DNA of 64,000 bases from a bacterium (GCA_965202625.1 CBDBBI010000010.1:1952001-2016000), one strand, 5' to 3'. Counted from the stretch's first letter, positions 9,387-19,351 are shown. Notes: generated from the sequence alone by a model not told the origin. Translations and numbers: made by a program.

Positions 9387-10555
9387 GGAGCTCGCTCCAG
9401 ACCCACGCGGTGGATTTGGCGCAAAACGTAAGCCCTGATCTCCTTCGCGGAAGTCTCCGGGCGGGCGCGCGCGCCGTTTTCCATGACGCTTGCGAGCTGC
9501 TGCTCCATCACGCCGCCGCAAGACGCGCAGTCCCCGTAGGGCCTGTCTATCGGTATGACGCGCTCATCCCCGCAATCGCGGCAGCGCAGCAGATGCTTCG
9601 CGCCCGATTTCTTGCCGCGCTTGGCGACCGGCTCGCCATCCACCTCGACGACGTCCATCGAGAAATCCATCGTGGACGCGGAGCTGATCGAGGTGCCCAC
9701 GCCGTAGCCGCCGTCCACGGCGGGGTTGATCTCCAGAATCTTCTCCTCGTCCAGCCCCCCGCTCACGAATATCTTGACGCGCGGGAATCCCGCCCGGTCG
9801 AGCTCCCAGCGCACCTCCTCCAGAATCTCAAGCAAGTTCCCCCGTCGGGAGGCTGGCGTATCGATCCGCACAGCCGAGAGACGATCGGTGAGCACCCGTG
9901 CCGCCGTCAGGGCTTCGAATTTCTCATCCCCGAACGTATCCACCAGCGCGACGCGCTCCACCTCCGGCTCGATGATCTCATCGAAAGCTTTCATCGCCGG
10001 CGCCAAGCCGCCCATGAGAACGATCAGCGCGTGGGGCATGGTGCCGGCCGCCGGAATCTCCAAAAGCGCGGCCCCCTTCACGAGCGCGACGCCGTCGCAA
10101 CCGCCAACGTAGGCGGCGCGTTCGACCATCGGCGCGATGGCCGGGTGCATTCTCCGCGCGCCGAAGCTCACGAGCCGCCGGCCTTGCGCCGCTATGCGGC
10201 ACCGCGCCGCCTTGGTGGCGATGCCGCTCGACTGGCACATCAGCCCCAAGACGGGGGTCTCCAGCCTGCAAAAGTCGTTGTAGATCCCCTCGATTTCCAG
10301 AACGGGCTGGAAGGGCCTGAAAACGGAACCCTCCGGCACGGCGCGAACGTTTACGGGAAACCCATCAAGGAGGCGCAGAATTTCCTCGAGACCCGCGAAC
10401 ACCCCCCAGCCAGAGGGAAGCGACTTGGCGGTGAATTCCGCGCGCACGCGCTTTTGGATTCCCTTGGCCTCCAGCACCTGGCGCGCACGCTCGAAATAGA
10501 CGTCCGTCACCTGAGCGGAGCGAATGTCGTCAAAATTCGCGGTAAACAGATTCAA
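9383..10555 (-). CDS. pncB: Nicotinate phosphoribosyltransferase
   Basis: TDVYF, SFGARR, GTMPHA, LVDTF, VRIDTP, SGGLDE, GVGT; C-terminal CxxC...CxxC. Confidence 0.92.
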   Translation of the reverse strand: MNLFTANFDDIRSAQVTDVYFERARQVLEAKGIQKRVRAEFTAKSLPSGWGVFAGLEEILRLLDGFPVNVRAVPEGSVFRPFQPVLEIEGIYNDFCRLETPVLGLMCQSSGIATKAARCRIAAQGRRLVSFGARRMHPAIAPMVERAAYVGGCDGVALVKGAALLEIPAAGTMPHALIVLMGGLAPAMKAFDEIIEPEVERVALVDTFGDEKFEALTAARVLTDRLSAVRIDTPASRRGNLLEILEEVRWELDRAGFPRVKIFVSGGLDEEKILEINPAVDGGYGVGTSISSASTMDFSMDVVEVDGEPVAKRGKKSGAKHLLRCRDCGDERVIPIDRPYGDCASCGGVMEQQLASVMENGARARPETSAKEIRAYVLRQIHRVGLERAP

Positions 10556-10579
10556 CGGAGTTTCGCCAGGGAGAACCCG

Positions 10580-11128
10580 CTATTCGGCGGGCGCCGTCTC
10601 GGCCGGGGCTTCGGGACGCATGTCCGCCTCCTGGTTTCTGAGGCCAAACAGCTTGCCCCAGGGACGGGGACCGGCGTAGTTCACCTCTTTCTCCCAGACG
10701 TCGTAGAGGCGCTCTTTCTCATATACGAGGTCGTCCCGAAAGTATCCGGGCGTTTCATATTGGTGGGTGTGGACGATGGACTTGGGCGTCGTGGGACACG
10801 CCTCTGTGCAGAGCCCGCAATACATGCACCGCATGTAGTCAATGTAAAACTCTTTGGCGAACATCTCACGGCCCTTGCCCTCCGTGACGATGGTGATGCA
10901 GTCCACGGGGCACGCCTTCTCGCAGTTCAGGCAGCCGATGCAAAGCTCCTCGCCTGTCTTGAAGTCGCGCGTGAGTCCCAGAAATCCGCGAAAGCGATCG
11001 GGCGGCTCCCAGCGTTCCGTGGGATACTGCAAGGTGACCGGCTTCTTGAACATATGGCGCAGCGTGAGGGACATGCCCTTCACGATATCCCAGAGAAAAA
11101 ACTTTCTCAGTCCTCTGGTGAACTCCAT
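10580..11128 (-). CDS. nuoI: NADH-quinone oxidoreductase subunit I-like 2x[4Fe-4S] protein
   Basis: VTLQYP...RFRG, CIGCLNCEKACP and CMYCGLCTEACP. Confidence 0.88.
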   Translation of the reverse strand: MEFTRGLRKFFLWDIVKGMSLTLRHMFKKPVTLQYPTERWEPPDRFRGFLGLTRDFKTGEELCIGCLNCEKACPVDCITIVTEGKGREMFAKEFYIDYMRCMYCGLCTEACPTTPKSIVHTHQYETPGYFRDDLVYEKERLYDVWEKEVNYAGPRPWGKLFGLRNQEADMRPEAPAETAPAE

Positions 11129-11151
11129 CTCCGTCTCCTCGCCCTGAATTT

Positions 11152-12111
11152 CTAGGAGGCGGAAGCCGCCGCCTGCTTTCGGGTCTCCGCCTGCGCTTCA
11201 AGATATTTCTCGGCGGCGACCGCCGCCGTGGTCGCATCGCCCGAGGCGTTCGTGATCTGTCGAATCAACTGGCTCCTGCAATCGCCCGCTACGAAAAGCC
11301 CCGGAACGCTCGATTCCATGTTCTGATCCGTGATGATGAAGCCGCCCTCGTCCTTCTCTACGGGGTCTTGTATCAAATCCGTGTTCGGAATGAAACCGAT
11401 GAAAACGAACAGGCCCGTGGCGTCGAGCTCGCTCGTCTCGTCGGTATTCACGTTTCGAATGCGGAGCCTCTTCATCTCCTTGTCATCGCCCCCCACCTCC
11501 TCCGCCACGTGGTCGGTGATGATCTCTATCTTGGGGTTCTCCCGCGCCTTGTCCATCAAAATCGCGTGGGCGCGGAACTTATCGCGGCGGTGGACGAGAT
11601 AGACCTTCGAGCCGTATTTCGTCAAAAACTGACCCTCCTCCACCGCGCTGTTCCCGCCCCCCACAACGGTGATCACCTCGTCCTGGAAGAATGCGCCGTC
11701 GCACAGCGCGCAATAGCTGACGCCCTTGCCCGCGTATTTCTCCTCGCCCGGAATCCCGAGCTTTCTCGGATAGCCGCCGGGCGTATAAATCACCGCGCCG
11801 CAGCGGCGCTCGCCCGCGTCGGTCCGGACGATGAAGTCATCCCCGTCCTTCCGCACTTCCAAAACTTCTTCCATCTCGATTTTAAGGCCGAACTTCACGG
11901 CGTGATCCGTAAACTTGGCCGCCAGCTCCTGGCCGCCGACCAACTCGAAGCCCGGATAATCCTCCACGTGCTCAGTGTTGAGAATCTCGCCGCCGGGCGC
12001 CAGCTTTTCATAGCAGACCACGTTCAGCTTCGAGCGAGCGGTATAAAGCCCCGCCGTCAGCCCGGCGGGCCCGGCACCAATGATGATGATTTCAAAATCG
12101 CGCTTCGGCAA
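11152..12111 (-). CDS. trxB: Thioredoxin-disulfide reductase
   Basis: IIGAGPAGLTA, GVSYCALCDG, VVGGGNSA, VHRRD, AGD. Confidence 0.96.
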   Translation of the reverse strand: MPKRDFEIIIIGAGPAGLTAGLYTARSKLNVVCYEKLAPGGEILNTEHVEDYPGFELVGGQELAAKFTDHAVKFGLKIEMEEVLEVRKDGDDFIVRTDAGERRCGAVIYTPGGYPRKLGIPGEEKYAGKGVSYCALCDGAFFQDEVITVVGGGNSAVEEGQFLTKYGSKVYLVHRRDKFRAHAILMDKARENPKIEIITDHVAEEVGGDDKEMKRLRIRNVNTDETSELDATGLFVFIGFIPNTDLIQDPVEKDEGGFIITDQNMESSVPGLFVAGDCRSQLIRQITNASGDATTAAVAAEKYLEAQAETRKQAAASAS

Positions 12112-12421
12112 AACGAATCTCCACGCTGGAGGAAAACAGACAAAAAACGAAACCTATGCACCAGACGCAACGGACAGCCAAATTCTAGCACCCGCACCAT
12201 ATCATGCCAACCCCGCAGAAATTCGCCGGCCCGGTGCCGAAGCCATCGCCAAAAAGACGGGGATGGACGGCATCCGCGCGACTTTGCGGGAGTTTCTGTT
12301 TCTCTCTGCCTCAGGCCGCCAGTGCCCAAGTCCATGCTTCTTTCGTTTGCTGGTTGCGCGGAGCAAGGCAAACCACCAGATCGCCCGTCTTCGCATCTTA
12401 CGGGAACCGCATCTCCCGCCC

Positions 12422-12700
12422 TCAAATGGGGCGATCGCGCCCCTTATCGTTCACGGCGGCGATTCCCAGCAGGCTTTCGAGCCTAGCCCTATCGAAGCCG
12501 ACCACTTTCTCCTCACCCACGAAAATCACGGGCGCAGCGCGCATGTTCGCCCTCTGGAACAGATCCTCAAGCGCCTCTGCGTCCTCATCCACACGCTTCT
12601 CCGTATAGGCCACGTCATGATAGGAGAGAAACTCTCTCACCGCCTTGCAGGGCGCTCACGTTGAGGAAGAGTACACCGTCACCCTTTTCGCATCCAACAT
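12422..12700 (-). CDS. Glutaredoxin/NrdH-like selenoprotein (UxxC), 92 aa with Sec15
   Basis: RBS GGAGG then ATG at 12700: MLDAKRVTVYSSST-TGA-APCKAVREFLSYHDVAYTEKRV...AAPVIFVGEEKVVGFD; TGA at 12656-12658 occupies the first Cys position of CxxC. Confidence 0.88.
12624..12638 (-). promoter_or_regulatory. Putative bacterial SECIS hairpin of the glutaredoxin-like gene
   Basis: GAGAG-AGTTT-CTCTC stem-loop (extendable by G-C and G-U pairs past a bulged U), loop G 24 nt after the TGA. Confidence 0.7.
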
Positions 12701-12783
12701 CCGCACCTCCTATAAAAACGTCTGAATGCCTCCTCACCGCAACTGGGCGTGCGCCGGGCGGCCTTGCCCAGGCGAGATTTTCG

Positions 12784-14154
12784 CTACCTCGGCGTATTCA
12801 CCCTCTCCAGCAAGGCCGTGAGCTCTCTCGTCCGAATCGAGTCGAGCCTCGAGACGGCGTCTGCGATCTCCTCGCGCAAGGAGGCGTCCGTGCGCGCCTC
12901 GCTCAGCGTCTCGAATTTCTCCTTCACCACTCCCCATCCCATCGGGGTGGAGAAATGCCCCTCCCAGGCGGGCTTCTCCAGCCTGTGGACATCGCCGCCC
13001 TTCAGCGTGACGGCGATCCGCACGGGCGACTGCGCGGGATACCTCGCCGTCATCTCATCGGAGTTCGTGGTTCTCACCTTCCTCAAAAGCTCCTGCACGT
13101 CATCGGCGCGGATTCTCTCCTCCGCATATTGCGCCGGCAGAACCTGCTCGTCGATGATGGCGACCGAGAGCACGTAGGGCAAGCTGTGATCCGCCGTCTC
13201 CTTGTTCAGCACGTGCTCGCGCGCGCCCGCCTTGCCCTCGCCCATGATGAAATAGGCGCGCTCGTAAATTCCGATCTCCACGTCCTCGACGTCCTCGGGC
13301 ACAAAGCCGTGTTCGCGCTTCATCTCGATGACACCCTGGATCGCCGTCTGGGAATGCAGGCCCGCGTTGTAGCGTTTGACGCTGATCTCAAGCATTTTTC
13401 CTAAAGAAGCGTCCGACCAGTCCACGTGGAACTCTCCCGTCACCGACTCGAACACCCCGAAAGGGCCCTCCAGCAGCCGGAGGGGGCCGCTCACACCGCG
13501 CATGGCCAGAAACGTCGAATGCACTCCGCTGTGCCCCGCAGCCGCGTAGGCAAACCCTTTCCAATGGGACAGCTCGCCCGTGCGCGTGATGAGCAGGGGG
13601 TTTTGGCGCACTCCGCTCAACGCGATGGCGTGGGCCGTCCTCTCCAGGTCAAGACCCAGGGCGCGCGAGGCACCCGCAGCCACGGCGTAGGCGCCCGCCA
13701 TAGGCTGATCGAAACCCCTCTTCTCATAGGGGGCGCTGTCGCAAAAGCGGCACTGCACCTCGTAGGCTACGGCGAGGGCGGTCATGAACTCCGCGCCGCT
13801 CGCGTCGGCGTATTCGGCCGCCGCCATCACGCTGCCCGTGTTGTCGCTCGGGTGCGAGGTGGCGAGCTTCCCCATGAACCCATCGTTGAAATCCAGATAC
13901 CGAATCAGCGCGGTGTTGTAGAACGCCGCCCTGTCCGGCGCGGATCTTCCGCCGCCGATGAGCGCGCAGTGGGCCGCGCCGCCAAAATCATCCGCCTGCG
14001 CGCGCAAGAGGCGCACCGGACCCTCTCCCAGAGAGCCGATGGCACAGCCGATGGTGTCGAGCATGAGCGTCTTCGCCTGAGTGCGCGCCTCCTCGGAGAG
14101 ATCATCAAAACTCTTCGCAGCGGCGAAGGCTGCGATCTCCTCTACTATCGTCAT
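12784..14154 (-). CDS. MmgE/PrpD family protein (2-methylcitrate dehydratase-like)
   Basis: RYLDFND, SHPSDN, RTGELSHWKG, KETADHSLPY. Confidence 0.92.
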   Translation of the reverse strand: MTIVEEIAAFAAAKSFDDLSEEARTQAKTLMLDTIGCAIGSLGEGPVRLLRAQADDFGGAAHCALIGGGRSAPDRAAFYNTALIRYLDFNDGFMGKLATSHPSDNTGSVMAAAEYADASGAEFMTALAVAYEVQCRFCDSAPYEKRGFDQPMAGAYAVAAGASRALGLDLERTAHAIALSGVRQNPLLITRTGELSHWKGFAYAAAGHSGVHSTFLAMRGVSGPLRLLEGPFGVFESVTGEFHVDWSDASLGKMLEISVKRYNAGLHSQTAIQGVIEMKREHGFVPEDVEDVEIGIYERAYFIMGEGKAGAREHVLNKETADHSLPYVLSVAIIDEQVLPAQYAEERIRADDVQELLRKVRTTNSDEMTARYPAQSPVRIAVTLKGGDVHRLEKPAWEGHFSTPMGWGVVKEKFETLSEARTDASLREEIADAVSRLDSIRTRELTALLERVNTPR

Positions 14155-14243
14155 GTGGGCACTCCTCGGTCGAACCAGATTTTTTGGGGAAACCCGCTGC
14201 TCGCACCGCCCGCCGAATACCCCTGGCAAGGGATGAGTGCGGG

Positions 14244-15248
14244 TTAGCCGCCGTTCAGTTTCCTGTATGTCTTCTGCATGATGAGGGCATCGTATTCCAG
14301 TGCGGGACTCTCGCACACTACACGACCCTCCGCCCCGAAGTCTATCAGCGCGCGCAACAAGTCCGGATAGTTCATGTCCGAATCGTCCAGTTCGAGGTGA
14401 TGCGCCTCACCCTTGTCCGAATACGCGATGCCCGAGAGGTGAATGTGCATCGTCTTCAGAACCTCTTCGCCCATCTTGTTCTTCAAAAGCTCGAGCTGCT
14501 CCCCAAATTCCTCGTAACTGTTGTTCGCCCCGGCCGAGCGCGCGTGAATATGGGCGAAGTCTATTGTCAATCCCACGTTTTTCTCCTTGAGGGCGGCGCC
14601 CACCTCGGCAATCTCCTGAAGGGAGCCGAACTGGCTGCCCTTTCCCGTGGTCTCCGGGTCCAGGCGCACTGGACAGCCCTCCTCTTTCAGGACGTCGGCG
14701 AGCTCCCCTATCTGGTCGCGAATGAAGTCCTGCGTCTCCTTCGGGTCTCGCTTCTGGTAAAACCCGGGGTGAAAGCACGCGCCGTCTCCGCCGCACACGG
14801 CCAAGGCGCGCGCCGTATCCAGCACGCGCTTGCGGCTCGCGATGCGCTTCTCCTCCTCAAGCGAGTAGAGGTTCACGTAATAGGGGCCGTGCGCAGTGAT
14901 CTGAACACCCGTCTCGGCCTGGGCGGACTTCACCTCCTCGCACGTCTGCGGCCTGATGCGAACGCCGTGCACGAACTCCATTTCATAGACGCCCAGGCCC
15001 AGCGCATAGAGTCTGCGCACCGCTTCGGGGTGGGACTGCGGACGGGCCGAATGCGGAACACCTCCCGTGCCGAAGAAAATGCGATCCGCCCTCTTCGGCT
15101 TCGCGTTCAGCCGCAAGGGACCGTCATATATTCTTCCTTTTGGCTTTTCCTGCGGAACCCCCGGCGCCCAGCCGCGCACCTCCGCCTTCGGCCTGGCCGC
15201 TCTGCTCTTCGCGGGGGTTTTCTTCGTCTCTGCTCGCTTCTCCGGCAT
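14244..15248 (-). CDS. nfo: Endonuclease IV (AP endonuclease family 2, archaeal-like subtype)
   Basis: TAHGPYYVNL, FHPGFY, ETTGKGSQFG, IDFAHIHAR, HIHLSGI, CESP metal-binding motifs. Confidence 0.88.
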   Translation of the reverse strand: MPEKRAETKKTPAKSRAARPKAEVRGWAPGVPQEKPKGRIYDGPLRLNAKPKRADRIFFGTGGVPHSARPQSHPEAVRRLYALGLGVYEMEFVHGVRIRPQTCEEVKSAQAETGVQITAHGPYYVNLYSLEEEKRIASRKRVLDTARALAVCGGDGACFHPGFYQKRDPKETQDFIRDQIGELADVLKEEGCPVRLDPETTGKGSQFGSLQEIAEVGAALKEKNVGLTIDFAHIHARSAGANNSYEEFGEQLELLKNKMGEEVLKTMHIHLSGIAYSDKGEAHHLELDDSDMNYPDLLRALIDFGAEGRVVCESPALEYDALIMQKTYRKLNGG

Positions 15249-15370
15249 CCCCGACCTCAATAGACGTGTCGCGCGCAGTAGCGGCTCTCCTGGCGGATCG
15301 CTCCTTCAAACGGTCGATGGCCCACTCTAGCAGATATGCGCGCATATCGCGAGACGCCAGGCGGGTGAGT

Positions 15371-15991
15371 TCATGCGACGGGCGCCTCCCTGGGCGGTTC
15401 GCCCAACCACTGTACCATCTGCGCGAGAACCTCTTTCTTGCCCTGCCCGCCATGCGCGCTACACAGAATCGGCCCCGACCATCGGCCATACCGCCCGCCG
15501 CCTACAGTTTTCACGAGCGCGTCCAGGGCGGCTCGTCTCTCGCCGCGCTTGAGCTTGTCCGCCTTGGTGAGCGTCAGGCAAGACGGAAGGCTCTCCGCCG
15601 CGAGCCATTCGAGCAGGCCCAAATCCATCTCCCGTGCCCCGCGACGCGAATCGACGAGCACGAGAACGCCCCGGAGCGTTTCCCGACGCTGGAGATAGTC
15701 TTCGACCATGGGCCGCCAGCGAGCTTTCTCCGCGAGCGGTGCCCGCGCGTAGCCGTAGCCCGGCAAATCCACGAGGGTGAAATTCCCGTCCACGTCGAAA
15801 AAATTGATGAGCTGGGTCTTTCCCGGCGTCGCGCTGGTCTTGGCCAGGCTTTTCCGGTTGGTTAAAAAATTGATGAGCGATGATTTGCCGACGTTGCTCC
15901 TCCCCGCGAAAGCGATCTCCGGCAAGGCGGCCCTCGGCCAGCCCGTCCGCCGCGCGGCGCTCTTGATGAATTCGGCGTTTTGGATTCTCAT
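15371..15991 (-). CDS. engB: Ribosome biogenesis GTPase YihA/EngB
   Basis: GRSNVGKSS, PGKTQLINFF, DLPGYGYA, TKADKL. Confidence 0.96.
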   Translation of the reverse strand: MRIQNAEFIKSAARRTGWPRAALPEIAFAGRSNVGKSSLINFLTNRKSLAKTSATPGKTQLINFFDVDGNFTLVDLPGYGYARAPLAEKARWRPMVEDYLQRRETLRGVLVLVDSRRGAREMDLGLLEWLAAESLPSCLTLTKADKLKRGERRAALDALVKTVGGGRYGRWSGPILCSAHGGQGKKEVLAQMVQWLGEPPREAPVA

Positions 15992-16009
15992 GCTTTCGGA
16001 GCCCGCGTC

Positions 16010-17326
16010 TCAGGGCGCATCCTCCGCCGGAGGAGCGAAGGCGTGCATGAGGAGGCCCGTGCGCAACTTCGGGTAAAAATAGGTGGACTTGTGCGGCATC
16101 TTTCCGCTGGCTTTGGCGATCGCGCGCACTGAATCCATGGGAGTGGGGTTCAGCAGAAGCGCCACAGCGCATTCGCCCCTCCTGGCGGCGGACAGCGCTT
16201 GTTCCGGATCGGGCGTGAAGCCAATGTCCGCCTCACCAGGAGATGCCCGATACGCCCCCTCCACGACGTCCGCGTGAAGGCGACTCACGTCCAGGGAGGC
16301 GATGGCGTCACCCACGGACGCGCCGCTCCCCTCGCGCCGTGTTCCGATCAGGTACCAGACGCTCGCCCCGCCCGCGTAAAGACAAAAGACGGGGACCCCT
16401 TCGTTCTCCCGCGACAATCGCGCCAAACGCCTCGCCACCTCGCCGCCGGCTCCCACCTCCGGTGCCACCTCGCGCTGAACGTCGTATTTCCTCGCCAGCG
16501 ACGCGAGCGCATCCTCTGTCGTGACGGACGCCCTCTTAAGCAGTCTGTGGGTAGGCAAAATCACCATACCCGGATCCGAGGCGTTGGCAAGACACATCAG
16601 GGTGTAATCCGCCTCGCACCCCTCGGGGGCGCCTCGCCCGCGCGCCGCTTCCATGAGGTTCAGGGAAGTTTCATAGCGATGGTGGCCATCGGCGATGAAC
16701 GCCTCCCTCCCGAGAAGGGCGGCGTAAGCGGCTTCGATGGCGGTCGCGTCATCGCAGCGCCACAGGGTATGGCGCACGCCGTCGTCCTCGAAATCGGCGA
16801 TGGGCGCGGCGTCCATCGCGCCCCTCAAGGCGCGGAGCGGCGCGTCCTGGGCATCGTCGTAAAAACTGAAAATGGGCCCCAGGTGCGCTCCGCTTCCGCC
16901 CCACAAGTCGAACAAATAGCCCTTTGGCTTGGGAAAAGTCCGCTCATGGGGGTGAATCTGACCCTGGCCATAGGGTTCGAGCTTCACCGTGGCGAAAAAC
17001 GCGTTCCTCTCCAGCCGCCTTCCGTCCGTGAGCGCGAAGCATTGGCGATAGGGATAGAGGGCGGGCGAGGCGTCCAGTGCCATATCTCCGCTCTCGCGCC
17101 ACTTTCGCAAGTATTCGACCGCGCGCGCCACGCGGCCCGCATCCCCTTGCTCCCCCTCCAGAATTTCGCCCTGAATCAGCCGCACGACGTTTCGGGGGTG
17201 GCGCTCGTAGTAGCGCCGCCGGAGCGCGGGTGTAAAGACGTCGTAAGGCGGGGAGGATACCTCTCCCATCTCCTGCGGAGTGAGGTTCACATATCTAAGC
17301 GCGCGAAACCCGCGAATCTCGACCAC
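16010..17326 (-). CDS. DUF1015 family protein
   Basis: SPPYDV, HPHERT, IADGHHRYET, ILPTHR, MPHKSTYFYPKL.TGL. Confidence 0.9.
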   Translation of the reverse strand: MVEIRGFRALRYVNLTPQEMGEVSSPPYDVFTPALRRRYYERHPRNVVRLIQGEILEGEQGDAGRVARAVEYLRKWRESGDMALDASPALYPYRQCFALTDGRRLERNAFFATVKLEPYGQGQIHPHERTFPKPKGYLFDLWGGSGAHLGPIFSFYDDAQDAPLRALRGAMDAAPIADFEDDGVRHTLWRCDDATAIEAAYAALLGREAFIADGHHRYETSLNLMEAARGRGAPEGCEADYTLMCLANASDPGMVILPTHRLLKRASVTTEDALASLARKYDVQREVAPEVGAGGEVARRLARLSRENEGVPVFCLYAGGASVWYLIGTRREGSGASVGDAIASLDVSRLHADVVEGAYRASPGEADIGFTPDPEQALSAARRGECAVALLLNPTPMDSVRAIAKASGKMPHKSTYFYPKLRTGLLMHAFAPPAEDAP

Positions 17327-17405
17327 CGAGAACTCCTTCTAAAGCGCGAGATGAAGATAAGCAAATTTCATGCCCAAACTCCTGCCATCAATATTTCAGC
17401 TCCCG

Positions 17406-17906
17406 TTAGAGATTCACCGAATAGGGCAACGACTTGATATACCTTTCCATGAATTTCCAATTGGGGTCACCTGCGAAGGTTGCGGGCAGATTGATTCTCG
17501 CTTTCCGCAACCTCTCCTGACTGCATTTGCGTCCATAGTTATATCGATATTGCTCAAGGTTAATCACAGCCGCCAAGAACATGGGGACATACTTGTTCAT
17601 GGGGAATTTCGGCAAGAGCTTTTCCACGTGATCTGACGCGGAAAAAGGCCGATCCCGATATGCGCAATACCCCAAAACCGCGCTGTCTATCATGAGAACG
17701 CCGCCATGCCCCACGGGCTCCTTCCACGCATTGCAAAAGCCCTTGACTCCATTGTTCGTCGCCTGCGTTGTGACGTAAGGATGGCCACTTTGCGGCGTGC
17801 GGGGCTCCAAATCCAGATAAAGCGCCGTCTTGGTGCCTGCAACCTTGAAAAGATACGTAAAACAATCGCGCACGGAGATATTAGAATGGAGATATCCCGC
17901 TGTCAA
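17406..17906 (-). pseudogene. Orphan half of a restriction-modification specificity (S, BcgI-beta-like) subunit
   Basis: PYVTTQATNNGVKG, FSASDHVEKL, QYRYNYGRK, INLP...PNWKFMERYIKSL; only one TRD, no convincing start, no MTase/REase neighbour. Confidence 0.65.
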
Positions 17907-18047
17907 AACTCCGCTCGGTGGTTTTGGCGGCCCTGGATTTGGAAGGGGCGCGTGAGTTGACCCGAACCATCGGGTAATCTAGGTTTCTCACTGCTACGGG
18001 CGGTGCCGAACGAGCCGCGGGGGAAGGTCGTGACGGAGAAGATGGTG

Positions 18048-18998
18048 ATGAAAACCAGGTTCGGCGTCAGCTTTGGCATGCACCCCGACCGCATCTACGC
18101 GCCGGAAGAGATGTACGCGTTCGCCGAAAGCGCCGAAGCCCTCGGTTACGATTCCCTATGGATTGGCGATCACCTCGCCTTTCACGGCCATTACACCGAG
18201 AGTCTCACCACTCTGGCCGCCTTCGCGGCTCGAACCAGCCGAATTACACTGGGCACGGGCGTGTATCTCTTGCCGCTCAGAAGAGCCGCCATCGCCGCCA
18301 AGACGGCGGCCACGGTGGATTACCTCACGGGCGGAGGGCGCTTCATCTTCGGGGTCGGGGTGGGCGGCGAGGGCAAGGCGGAGTTCGCGCTTTGCGGCGT
18401 ACCCGTCAAGGAGCGGGGCGCCCGGACCGATGAGGCCATCGAAATCGCGAGAAAACTCTGGAGGGGCGAGGCGGTGAGCCATCAGGGGCGATTTTTGCGC
18501 TTTGAGGACGCGCGACAGACGCCGGCCCCTACCACGCCCGGCGGCCCGCCCATCTGGGTGGGCGGCCGCAGCGACGCTGCCCGCAGACGAGCGGCGCTCC
18601 TGGGCGACGGCTACGTCTCCTATATGTTCTCCGCGCCGCGCTTCGCCAAGGGACTGGAGGACATGAAGCGTTGGGCGGAGGCGGCGGGGCGGCCCCTGGA
18701 CGTCGCGGGAGAGAAGTGGACGCCGGCGCACCACGCTTTCATCTACGTTCATCAGGATGAGGAGCGCGCCCTGCGATGCGGCATAGATAATCTCTCGAAG
18801 CGCTACAACATGGATTTTGACGGCATCGCCCAAAAGTATCTATTCTATGGACCGCCCGCGCGCTGCATGGAGCAGATAGCGGCCTTCCAGAAGGCGGGGG
18901 CGCGGCATTTCATCTTCAAGCACGTCGGTCCGGCGGACGAGGAGATGCGCCAGATGGCGCTTCTCGCCGAGGAGGTGATTCCAGGGGTGAGAGATTGA
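18048..18998 (+). CDS. LLM class flavin (possibly F420)-dependent oxidoreductase
   Basis: AEALGYDSLWIGDH, LGTGVYLLPLR, GRFIFGVGVG, PPIWVGG.S.AARRRAA. Confidence 0.9.
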   Translation: MKTRFGVSFGMHPDRIYAPEEMYAFAESAEALGYDSLWIGDHLAFHGHYTESLTTLAAFAARTSRITLGTGVYLLPLRRAAIAAKTAATVDYLTGGGRFIFGVGVGGEGKAEFALCGVPVKERGARTDEAIEIARKLWRGEAVSHQGRFLRFEDARQTPAPTTPGGPPIWVGGRSDAARRRAALLGDGYVSYMFSAPRFAKGLEDMKRWAEAAGRPLDVAGEKWTPAHHAFIYVHQDEERALRCGIDNLSKRYNMDFDGIAQKYLFYGPPARCMEQIAAFQKAGARHFIFKHVGPADEEMRQMALLAEEVIPGVRD

Positions 18999-19351
18999 GG
19001 AAGACGAAAAAAGCCGGCGTCAAATTGCCCATCTGCACCATTTTGATTCTCACGCTTCTGGGCGGCGTGATCTATTGGGGCTACGCCAAATTCGACGCCG
19101 AGCAAACCATCGCGCGGAAGACGGCCAGTGCGCCCGTACAAGAAGCCGCATCAGGCGCGAGCCTGCCGCCAGTCACCTATCGCTCCGCGTTCCCCCTGTA
19201 TTTTCTCGTGGGCTTCGCCATCGCCATGGCGCTCATCATGGGAAGCATCGTCTATTTCTGGTGGTCGCTCAAGGATATGGAAGGAGGCAGACGCTACGGC
19301 GAGGAGGAGGAAACGCCCACTCGCGATTCGGATAAAGTCTCCGCCCCCTAG
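18995..19351 (+). CDS. Hypothetical two-TM membrane protein
   Basis: Two hydrophobic segments; start overlaps LLM stop codon. Confidence 0.6.
   Translation: MRKTKKAGVKLPICTILILTLLGGVIYWGYAKFDAEQTIARKTASAPVQEAASGASLPPVTYRSAFPLYFLVGFAIAMALIMGSIVYFWWSLKDMEGGRRYGEEEETPTRDSDKVSAP

Noticed and set aside
9410-11155. 581-aa plus-strand ORF and similar long antisense ORFs over iscS, gyrA and DUF1015
   Set aside because: Antisense shadows of well-supported genes in high-GC DNA
15257-15370. Protein-like peptide MRAYLLEWAIDRLKER between engB and nfo
   Set aside because: Too short, no recognisable family, and the frame overlaps both neighbours
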